Virus record (IMG/VR): IMGVR_UViG_3300034053_000051
Span: 1-30,726 of that record
Origin: a virus
Taxonomy: Duplodnaviria; Caudoviricetes
Strand: one strand, 5' to 3'
Length of the DNA: 30,726 nucleotides
Below, piece after piece: positions 16,882-23,310 of the stretch (positions are counted from its first letter, which is position 1; every line of letters starts with the position of its first letter). The notes under the pieces were generated by a model. It did not search any database and was not told the origin of the DNA. It worked only from the letters and a program-made list of their open reading frames with translations. The position numbers were made by a program, and so were the translations under genes.

Positions 16882-17918
16882 GCCAGCGTGTCCAGCGGAC
16901 TGCGCACCCCGCTCGCGCCGATGGTGGCCACGTGGGTGTAAATCATGGTGGTCTCAAGGTGCGCGTGCCCCAGCAGCGCCTGAATGGTGCGGATGTCCTT
17001 GCCGCTTTCCAGCAGGTGAGTGGCGAAGCAATGCCTCATCGTGTGAGGCGTCGCCGCCTTGTGGATGCCGGCGGCTTGCATCGCGCGCTTCATGGTGCGC
17101 TGAATGCCGCTCTCGTGCAGGTGGTGGCGGCGGATCGCCCCGGTGCGCGGGCATGTCACGTAGTCGGGCGTTGCGAAGACGAACTGCCATTTCCACTCGC
17201 TGGCTGCGCGCGGGTACTTGCGATCGAGCGCATCGGGCATCTCGACATCGGCATGCCCGGTGGCCAGGTCAACGTGGTGCCAGCGCTGGCGCCGATCGAG
17301 GATCCACTTCAGGGCCGGCACGAGGCCAGCCGCAAGCGTCGTGACTCGGTCCTTGCTGCCCTTGCCCTGGCGCACCGTGACCTGCAGGCGCTCCAGGTCG
17401 AGATCCTTGGCGCGCAGATTGAGGGCCTCACCCAGGCGCAGGCCCGAGCTGTAGAGCAGCTTGATGATCAGGCCACGCTCGCCGCGCAGCTGGGCGAAGA
17501 GTGCCCGCACCTCGTCGCGCGACAGCACGACAGGCAGGTGCTGCGACGGCTTGGCGCGCACCAGGCCATCGAGCCACGGCAGGTCGATCGACAGGACGTG
17601 GCGGTACAGGAACAACAAGGCGCTGAGCGCCTGGCGCTGCGTCGAATCGCTGACGCGCTGGTCGGTGGCCAGCCACGACAGGAACCCTTCGACCTCGGGC
17701 GCGGCCATGTCGCGCGGATGGCGGCGGCCGGACCACGCGATGAAGCGGCGCACCCAATGCACGTAGGCCTTTTCGGTCTTGCGGCTGTAGTGGCGCACGC
17801 GCACTGCTTCGATCACCGCGTCGATCAGCGTGCGCGGCTTTGATGCCGCTGTGCCGGATAACAGGGATGCGGCGTCCGCGCTATCAGCCGGAGCCCTTGG
17901 CAATTCAACGACTTGCAT
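16878..17918 (-). CDS. intI: Integron integrase
   Basis: RHYSRKTEKAYVHWVRRF, SGLRLGE, GKGSKDR, the IntI-specific insertion (MPDALDRKYPRAASEWKWQFVF...RRHHLHES), HTMRH, LLGH and TMIYTH. ORF is intact with a GGAG RBS. Confidence 0.97.
   Translation of the reverse strand: MQVVELPRAPADSADAASLLSGTAASKPRTLIDAVIEAVRVRHYSRKTEKAYVHWVRRFIAWSGRRHPRDMAAPEVEGFLSWLATDQRVSDSTQRQALSALLFLYRHVLSIDLPWLDGLVRAKPSQHLPVVLSRDEVRALFAQLRGERGLIIKLLYSSGLRLGEALNLRAKDLDLERLQVTVRQGKGSKDRVTTLAAGLVPALKWILDRRQRWHHVDLATGHADVEMPDALDRKYPRAASEWKWQFVFATPDYVTCPRTGAIRRHHLHESGIQRTMKRAMQAAGIHKAATPHTMRHCFATHLLESGKDIRTIQALLGHAHLETTMIYTHVATIGASGVRSPLDTLA
17849..17864. promoter_or_regulatory. Possible LexA (SOS) box inside the 5' end of intI
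   Basis: CTGT-GCCGGATA-ACAG matches CTGT-N8-ACAG, but the spacer is not AT-rich and the site lies inside the ORF. Confidence 0.35.
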
Positions 17919-17932
17919 GATCGCTCCAAAAG

Positions 17933-17968
17933 GTTAGGCGGCGGCCTGTCGTTCACTACACGTTAGGC
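17933..17968 (+). mobile_element. attI-like site
   Basis: CGTTCAC-TACAC-GTTAGGC (L box, 5-bp spacer, R box at 17962-17968) about 44 bp upstream of intI. A second GTTAGGC at 17933-17939 may be an accessory direct repeat. No attC-type partner arm is present. Confidence 0.75.
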
Positions 17969-18319
17969 GCTCTTGCGCTTCGGCTTGAAAATGCCATCCG
18001 GCCACAGTTCTTCGGTGGTCGTCGTGGCTTCGATTCGCTCGTCCGGTTTGCTGCCGGCCGTCAGACACGTTTGAATCTCTACCGCTGAGATGGTCCAGTC
18101 GTGCGCCATCAGGTTGGCGAGGTGCCGCCGCTGTCTCGGGTCGAAGCGTTCCAGCAGTTCCCGCCACGCCCCTTCTCGCGCGGCGGCTCTGGCGCTCTCC
18201 AGCCGAAGCTGAAGTTGTGTGGCGGTCATAGTCAGCACCGCTTCGGCACCGTCGCGCCTAACTGGCCGCTCAACCGGACCAGCCACGGCATCGGTGCGTT
18301 CAACCTTGGTCGTGTTCAT
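17963..18319 (-). CDS. Cassette 1 hypothetical protein (118 aa)
   Basis: AAAGGA RBS and ATG 18319 lie inside attC1; the TAA stop lies in the attI R box. Confidence 0.75.
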   Translation of the reverse strand: MNTTKVERTDAVAGPVERPVRRDGAEAVLTMTATQLQLRLESARAAAREGAWRELLERFDPRQRRHLANLMAHDWTISAVEIQTCLTAGSKPDERIEATTTTEELWPDGIFKPKRKSA

Positions 18320-18370
18320 GGGGTCTGTCCTTTGTTCTCGCGTGTCTGGCCGGTTAGCTCCACGTTCGGC
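18256..18370 (+). mobile_element. attC site 1
   Basis: R'' GCCTAAC, 5 nt, L'' GCTCAACC ... L' GGTTAGC, 5 nt, R' GTTCGGC. The left arm has an extra C in L'' and an extra A. Confidence 0.9.
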
Positions 18371-18371
18371 T

Positions 18372-18554
18372 TCACTTCCGCACGCACACAAAGCGCACGT
18401 CCTTGAAACTGTTCTTGACCAGCGGGTCCAGGTCGCGGCCGGCGGCCTCGCATCGAGCCTTGCTGTCAAAGCCTGGGATCGTTTGCAGGGCAACGCTGTC
18501 GCCCTTCGAAAGCGCGCCCGCAAACACGAGCATCACAAGAATCCAGCTTTCCAT
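18372..18554 (-). CDS. Cassette 2 small protein (60 aa; hydrophobic N-terminus, two Cys)
   Basis: Own AAGGGA RBS; fills the cassette; stop ends 1 nt before R' of attC1. Confidence 0.75.
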   Translation of the reverse strand: MESWILVMLVFAGALSKGDSVALQTIPGFDSKARCEAAGRDLDPLVKNSFKDVRFVCVRK

Positions 18555-18579
18555 CGTCTTTCCCTTCGCTTCGGCTACA

Positions 18580-18669
18580 GCCGAACTGTGCGTTCAAGCG
18601 GACCCGCCTTCGGCAGGTCCGATCCTCGGGTCCAGCGGCGCGGGCGGGCCGCTTAACTCCGCGTTAGCC
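18580..18669 (+). mobile_element. attC site 2
   Basis: R'' GCCGAAC, TGTGC, L'' GTTCAAGC-GG-A-CCCGCC ... GGCGGG-CC-GCTTAAC (L'), TCCGC, R' GTTAGCC. Confidence 0.92.
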
Positions 18670-18980
18670 GTCTTGCGCGCAGCTCTCTTCGGAAATAGCG
18701 CGTCAATGTGTGCGTCGAACAGCGGCATAACAGCCGTCGTGAATTGCTCCACGATCCTGTCTGCCGGGTCTTCCTCGCAAACGTCGTTCATGCGGTCGAT
18801 GAACCTGTACAGACATTCCACAATTTCAGCCTGTGCCATGAGAATGTCCGCGTTCTGTTTGGTCACGCAGCCGATATACACGTCGTTGAGTTTCAGCCGT
18901 TCGTCGCCCCACGGTTGTTCCAGACGGCTAACCCTACGGTCAACCGGACAGGCAACGGCCGGTGTCGTTTCGTGCTTCAT
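18594..18980 (-). CDS. Cassette 3 hypothetical protein (128 aa)
   Basis: GAAGGAGG RBS and ATG inside attC3. The ORF reads through R' of attC2 and stops in its L'' box. Confidence 0.75.
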   Translation of the reverse strand: MKHETTPAVACPVDRRVSRLEQPWGDERLKLNDVYIGCVTKQNADILMAQAEIVECLYRFIDRMNDVCEEDPADRIVEQFTTAVMPLFDAHIDALFPKRAARKTANAELSGPPAPLDPRIGPAEGGSA

Positions 18981-19028
18981 CAATCCTCCTTCGCGGGCCG
19001 TTGCCCGCCGGTTACCTCCACGTTAGGC
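18926..19028 (+). mobile_element. attC site 3
   Basis: R'' GGCTAAC, CCTAC, L'' GGTCAACC-GG-A-CAGGCAACGGCC ... GGCCGTTGCCCG-CC-GGTTACC (L'), TCCAC, R' GTTAGGC. Confidence 0.92.
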
Positions 19029-19400
19029 GTCAGGGTCATCGGGGCAGTGCATCCAGTAGCGCGGCCCGTCGTGCTCGGCCACCGGAGAGCCGTCCCATGT
19101 CAGGTGCCAGCCAGGGCCGGCAGTCGCCTCGGTGGCGTGCGGATCATCCTTGCCGCGCAGCCAGCGTGCGCCGTGCGGCATGTCCGAGCCGTCCAGCAGC
19201 ACCAGTACACCCCATCCATCCTTGGGCGCCGTCTTCATGGGCTGCCACGGGCTCTGTACTGCGTCCACCTTGGCTTGCAGTTCTTCCATGTGGCGCGCAG
19301 CCTGGCGGGCGCACTCGGCCTGCACGGGCATGGCCTGCTTGTCCCACTCGCCCGCCTGGCGCCGCAGCATCCCGGCGTATCGCTGTGTCATGCTCATCAC
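19023..19400 (-). CDS. Cassette 4 protein, DUF551-like phage accessory protein
   Basis: WQPMKTAPKDG...VLV...PRYWMHCPD motif and AAAGGA RBS. The TAA stop lies in R' of attC3. Start may be GTG 19400 or ATG 19397. Confidence 0.8.
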   Translation of the reverse strand: MMSMTQRYAGMLRRQAGEWDKQAMPVQAECARQAARHMEELQAKVDAVQSPWQPMKTAPKDGWGVLVLLDGSDMPHGARWLRGKDDPHATEATAGPGWHLTWDGSPVAEHDGPRYWMHCPDDPDA

Positions 19401-19471
19401 TGTCCTTTCGCTTCGGAGGCAACGCCTAACAGATCGGTCAACCGGACTTCGGCCGGCTCTGCAGCGGTCAT
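19397..19471 (-). CDS. attC4-initiated 24-aa leader peptide (MTAAEPAEVRLTDLLGVASEAKGQ)
   Basis: AAAGGAG RBS and ATG in the attC4 loop; its TGA overlaps the ATG of the cassette 4 gene (TGATG). Confidence 0.5.
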   Translation of the reverse strand: MTAAEPAEVRLTDLLGVASEAKGQ

Positions 19472-19514
19472 TCGATACTCCTTTCGGCCTCAGCCGGTTA
19501 CCTTTGCGTTGGCG
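19424..19514 (+). mobile_element. attC site 4 (end of the array)
   Basis: R'' GCCTAAC, AGATC, L'' GGTCAACC ... L' GGTTACC, TTTGC, degenerate R' GTTGGCG. Confidence 0.88.
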
Positions 19515-19879
19515 TCAAGAATTCGCGCCCGCACCGCTTGCAGCAGGCTCTCAATCACTCTGCAATCGACGGTTGCCGGCACCAGCGAGCGAGGGCCTGT
19601 CAGTAGCGGGTCCACCCAGTTGGTCGGCACCGCGGCAGCGCACCGCTTGCGCTCTGCGGCCACGGCAGCTTTCGCATCGGCCACGACGTCGACAATGACG
19701 GCGCGCAGCCGCTCAACCTCCACCGCATCCACCAGCCGCACAGCCCGGTGCGGCCCACCAGCGGGCCACGCTACATCGCACTGCTCGGCGTTGGCCCTGG
19801 CGTCTTCCTCGTCCACGCACAGCGTGGCTATGCCTATTCGGCTCACGCAGTACCAGCGTCCCTCGGTCATGCCACTCAC
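19490..19879 (-). CDS. Hypothetical early protein whose last codons lie in attC4
   Basis: GTGA overlap with the upstream gene (alternative ATG at 19870); ends DANAKVTG-stop within the attC4 arm. Confidence 0.75.
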   Translation of the reverse strand: MSGMTEGRWYCVSRIGIATLCVDEEDARANAEQCDVAWPAGGPHRAVRLVDAVEVERLRAVIVDVVADAKAAVAAERKRCAAAVPTNWVDPLLTGPRSLVPATVDCRVIESLLQAVRARILDANAKVTG

Positions 19880-20145
19880 CCCGCCAGCCGATGCCGCGTG
19901 ACACCGGTGATGCCTTTGGGCAGGGCAGCCGCGCCGCCGATGAACGCGGACTCGCCCCCGCCGCAGGCGCGCAGGTAGTCGACCTCGACGCGGGCGGTGT
20001 CGGTGATGGTCTTGGCCAAGTCCGACACGGCTGCGGCTTTGGCCACGGCGGCGCGCAGCAGGTTCGGATCGTCGGCCTTGGTCTCGCGCAGTTCGGCCAG
20101 CTGGGCAAATAGCGTGGCCCGCAAGGCGGTCATGTCGTGGCTCAC
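19876..20145 (-). CDS. Conserved small phage protein
   Basis: LRATLFAQLAEL...AAAVSDLAKTITDTARVEVD, a pattern often found next to HNH-like genes. GTG 20145 overlaps the upstream stop; alternative ATG at 20133. Confidence 0.7.
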   Translation of the reverse strand: MSHDMTALRATLFAQLAELRETKADDPNLLRAAVAKAAAVSDLAKTITDTARVEVDYLRACGGGESAFIGGAAALPKGITGVTRHRLAG

Positions 20146-20840
20146 GGGGTGGGCTCCTGTGTGTGGGGCTGCTGGGCCAGGTCTTTGGTCAGGCGGTTGA
20201 TCTGCCGATTGAGCACGCCGCGGGTGTGGATGGCCTGCATCACGGGCTTGGGTAGGCGGTGCATGCTGTTGCGGTCCATGTTCTCGCGTCGGGTGATGAG
20301 CTCGACGGCGTCCAGCGTGATGCGCTGGGGGTCCAGCGTGGCGCGGCCGGGCTTGAAAACGACCAGGTGCCCGCCAGGGATCGGCCCGTTTGCCTGGATC
20401 CACACGTGCGCAGCCAGCGGGCGCCAGCGGCGGCGGCTGGGGCCCGAGTCGTCGGCGTACTTGATTTCCAGCATGCCGCCTGTCACTCGGTAGGTGCCCA
20501 CCGGCACCCAGGTGTGCGGCTTGTTGCCGGCTTGGAACTGATGGGCGCGCGTGTTGGGGTGCGTGCCGATGACGCCTTTGACGCCAGCGTTCCATGGCGG
20601 CGTGCCAGGCTGCCAGCGGTAGGCGTGGGTCGGGTGGCCGGGGTCTGATGCGCGCTGGCGGGCCATCTCGACGATGAGTGCGTGGCTCTTGCGCAGGCCC
20701 AGGGCCGCGGCCTTGGCCTGCACGGGCTTGAGCGGCAGCCCCAGCGCGGTGGCCACGTCTGCGGTGCGGGTGTCGTGGTACAGCTCGCGCAGGCGTTGCT
20801 CGAGCTGCGGGGTCCACTGGGTGCGGTGGATTTCGGTCAT
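20142..20840 (-). CDS. HNH-endonuclease-like protein with N-terminal HTH
   Basis: WTPQLEQRLRELY...LGLRKS followed by HVWIQANGPIPGGHLVVFK...ELITRRENMDRN; the HNH motif is partly degenerate. Confidence 0.7.
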   Translation of the reverse strand: MTEIHRTQWTPQLEQRLRELYHDTRTADVATALGLPLKPVQAKAAALGLRKSHALIVEMARQRASDPGHPTHAYRWQPGTPPWNAGVKGVIGTHPNTRAHQFQAGNKPHTWVPVGTYRVTGGMLEIKYADDSGPSRRRWRPLAAHVWIQANGPIPGGHLVVFKPGRATLDPQRITLDAVELITRRENMDRNSMHRLPKPVMQAIHTRGVLNRQINRLTKDLAQQPHTQEPTP

Positions 20841-20856
20841 GGCCTTGGCGCCGCTG

Positions 20857-21450
20857 TCACGCGCTTTGCAGCGCGTGCCCCAGCGCAAACACGCTGGACA
20901 CCGATCGGTACGCGTCACCGGTGGCCAGCCGGTTGTTGCGCGGCGCTGCGGCTTCGCGCAGTTGCCACTGGTCTGCCCTGCCACGGCGCCCCGCGGCCGC
21001 AACGAGCCGGCCCAGGCCTCGCAGGGCGGCGCGCACGGTGCGCGGGTCCAGGCCTGTGAGCTCCACCAGCTCGAGCGTGGTGTGCGGCGCTTCCAGCTCC
21101 GTCATCAGCATGTCGAGCGCCAGGTACGCCGGCGGTATGCGCAGGGCGGCGGGCACGAACACTGATTGCACCCGGCGCGCGCCGCCGGCCCGGTGCGAGG
21201 GCGCTGGTGCGTCGTCACCACACCCGTAGGCCCACACGGCCTGCATGTGGCGGCCGCGCTGCTCGCGCCAGCCGCTGATGTGGATGCGCAGCAGCCGGTG
21301 CAGGCTGGCCAGCAGGATGTACCCGTTGCTGTGGCTGCCGATCAGGTCGGCAGCCAGCAGGTCGTCAAACGTGCTGGGCGTGGCCTTGAGGTGCGCCAGC
21401 ACGGCTGCGTGCCCTTGCATGCCCAGGCGGGCCTTGAGCGGGCGGGTCAT
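20857..21450 (-). CDS. Hypothetical DNA-binding protein (winged-helix-like)
   Basis: ATGA overlap upstream; TLELVELTGLDPRTVRAAL is HTH-like. Confidence 0.6.
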   Translation of the reverse strand: MTRPLKARLGMQGHAAVLAHLKATPSTFDDLLAADLIGSHSNGYILLASLHRLLRIHISGWREQRGRHMQAVWAYGCGDDAPAPSHRAGGARRVQSVFVPAALRIPPAYLALDMLMTELEAPHTTLELVELTGLDPRTVRAALRGLGRLVAAAGRRGRADQWQLREAAAPRNNRLATGDAYRSVSSVFALGHALQSA

Positions 21451-22139
21451 TCGGTCTCCAGGCGGGTGACAGTGGCTGCCTCGCAATGCCACCAGCGGTC
21501 GCGCTTGCTGGTGCCCAGGCTGTACATCACGTAGTCCAGCTGGCCGCGCAGGGTGGCCAAGTTGTTGCTGTAGTTGTCGATCTCGGCGTGCACGGCCAGA
21601 TCGTCGGCGTGTGCCTCGCTGCTGTGGGTGATGGCGGCGGCGCTGGCCGGCTCGCGCAGCAGGCGGATGAGCACGCCGCCGTGGTCGATGATCCATTGCG
21701 CCTCGTTGGGGTAGCGCACGTCACTGATGCACAGGCGGTCATGCACGGGCTGCCAGTCGGCGCGCGACGCCGCGGCCAGGCCCAGGCGGTGGGCGCCTTG
21801 GTCGACCCAGCAGTCGGGGTGCATGGCGCGGCCGAGGTCGCCCTGCCGGCGCATCAGTTGGCGCGAGGTGAGGCCGTAGAACTGCGGGATCGGCACCTCT
21901 TTGAGGTGCGGTTCCTCGAGCAGTGCGTGGTCGACGCCGCGGTCGGCGAACAGCAGGGCCAGCACGTCTTTGATCGGCTCGGCCCAGGCGTAGGGCTGCA
22001 TGTCGTAGGCCGATTCAAGGTAGGCGGCGGCGCTGGTCTTGCCGCTTCCAGCTCGGCCGACCAGGCCGACGAGCAGGGGGTCGGCAGCGCCCAGCCAGGG
22101 CATGGGCAGCAGGGTGGATGTGGCGGTTCTCTGGGTCAT
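21447..22139 (-). CDS. Deoxynucleoside monophosphate kinase-like protein
   Basis: P-loop GLVGRAGSGKT, ISDVRYPNEA, HSSE; TGATG overlap upstream. Confidence 0.85.
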   Translation of the reverse strand: MTQRTATSTLLPMPWLGAADPLLVGLVGRAGSGKTSAAAYLESAYDMQPYAWAEPIKDVLALLFADRGVDHALLEEPHLKEVPIPQFYGLTSRQLMRRQGDLGRAMHPDCWVDQGAHRLGLAAASRADWQPVHDRLCISDVRYPNEAQWIIDHGGVLIRLLREPASAAAITHSSEAHADDLAVHAEIDNYSNNLATLRGQLDYVMYSLGTSKRDRWWHCEAATVTRLETE

Positions 22140-22480
22140 CAGTCGTCTCGATCGTTGGCTGCGGCGCGTTTGAGGTCGATGCCTCTGTGGCGCCACTCGG
22201 GCAGGTCGGGGTGCGGTTTGGCTGCCGCTGCCTTGGTGCGCGGCGGCGGGGCGGTGGGTGTGGCCGGCACCGGCGGCAGGCCGGCGCGCGGCAGCGTGCT
22301 GAGCACGGGCGCGCTTTGCCAGACCGGGCGGGCCATCTGGCGCGCCATGGCGCGCAGGCAGGTGCCATAGACGGGGTGAGCCAGCGCCGCCTCAACCGAC
22401 GCCGGCCAGACGCTGGGCCGGCGCAGTTGGCGCCAGGCCAGGGCGATCTGCTCGGGGCTGGGCGTGAGGTCGGCGCTCAT
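22139..22480 (-). CDS. Hypothetical protein (113 aa)
   Basis: Start and stop overlap both neighbours; C-terminus DLKRAAANDRDD. Confidence 0.65.
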   Translation of the reverse strand: MSADLTPSPEQIALAWRQLRRPSVWPASVEAALAHPVYGTCLRAMARQMARPVWQSAPVLSTLPRAGLPPVPATPTAPPPRTKAAAAKPHPDLPEWRHRGIDLKRAAANDRDD

Positions 22481-22740
22481 GGCCAGATCACCACGCGGCC
22501 GATCTCGATGGCGGCCCAGGCGCTGACCATGCCCAGCGGCAGGCCCAGCAGCAGCCCGCACAGCACGCCGTAGCGCCAGCCGCCGACGTAGCCGATGCGC
22601 TCGCCGTCGAGGTAGCCGGCGCGGTTGGCGGCGTGCAGGCGTTGTTCGACGAAGGTGTTGAGCGGCGGCGGCGGGAATGCCGGGCCTACTGAGCCTGCTG
22701 ACTGCGGGGCGGCGCGCTGGGGGCGGATGTTGGCGGTCAT
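22477..22740 (-). CDS. Small membrane protein (87 aa)
   Basis: ATGA overlaps; C-terminal hydrophobic segment. Confidence 0.6.
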   Translation of the reverse strand: MTANIRPQRAAPQSAGSVGPAFPPPPLNTFVEQRLHAANRAGYLDGERIGYVGGWRYGVLCGLLLGLPLGMVSAWAAIEIGRVVIWP

Positions 22741-22934
22741 GTCGCCAGGCCCCAGGGGTACACGGCGCTGAGGGCCAGGGTGACGACGACCACCACAACG
22801 GCCGCTTCCCAGAACCACCAGGGCAGTTCGGTGGCCTCGTCGGCCTCGCGTTGCACCTGCTCGGCCAGTTCGTGGCTGCACAGCATGCCGGGCAGGGTGA
22901 TGGGGTCGGTGACGGGATCGGTGCAGCTGGTCAT
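22737..22934 (-). CDS. Small membrane protein (65 aa)
   Basis: ATGA overlaps; single hydrophobic segment AAVVVVVVTLALSAV. Confidence 0.6.
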   Translation of the reverse strand: MTSCTDPVTDPITLPGMLCSHELAEQVQREADEATELPWWFWEAAVVVVVVTLALSAVYPWGLAT

Positions 22935-23179
22935 GCCACGGCCTCCAGTTCGTCGATCTCGGTCAGGTAGCCGATGAGGCGCATCTCGAACGCCTCTTCG
23001 ATCAGCCAGGCAGCGCGCTCGCGCAGGGTGTCCTCGACGTCCATGGCGGCGAACATCAAGGCGTCGGCGCTGTCGTGCCGGCCGGCCTTGCGGGCGGCCG
23101 CCTTCTGCACTTGCAGGATGCGCAGCGCGTTGCGGCGCTCGGCTTGCCAGACGGTGGGCGGGTGGAAGCGGAGGTTCAT
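22931..23179 (-). CDS. Hypothetical protein, first gene of the leftward early operon
   Basis: 82 aa, starting about 47 bp downstream of the leftward promoter -10. Confidence 0.65.
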   Translation of the reverse strand: MNLRFHPPTVWQAERRNALRILQVQKAAARKAGRHDSADALMFAAMDVEDTLRERAAWLIEEAFEMRLIGYLTEIDELEAVA

Positions 23180-23225
23180 GCTTCACGTCCCCCGCCCGGG
23201 ATGGGCTTGTCTTGGGGGAGTGGCC

Positions 23226-23267
23226 ATTACACCAAACGGTGTATTTGATGTCAACACCGAACGGTGT
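23226..23267 (-). promoter_or_regulatory. PL-like promoter with two operators
   Basis: Minus strand TTGACA (23254-23249), 17 bp, TGTAAT (23231-23226). Operators ACACCAAACGGTGT 23229-23242 and ACACCGAACGGTGT 23254-23267. Confidence 0.8.
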
Positions 23268-23310
23268 CGACGCTCGCAAAATGCCACAGGCCTATGGCAC
23301 AATGCGCCAT

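Noticed and set aside
17934-18167. 77-aa minus-strand ORF and the 186-aa extension of the cassette 1 ORF to 18523
   Set aside because: These overlap better-supported genes. The RBS-backed start at 18319 and the separate 60-aa gene fit the cassette boundaries.
18256-19514. attC sites oriented on the - strand, making the cassette genes conventional
   Set aside because: The 8-nt L'' with the extra C and the extra A are on the left arm of the + strand in all four sites. R'/R'' complementarity also fits cassettes defined on +.
18708-19901. Plus-strand ORFs across the cassette array (397 aa and others)
   Set aside because: They cross several attC sites, lack RBSs and do not respect cassette limits.
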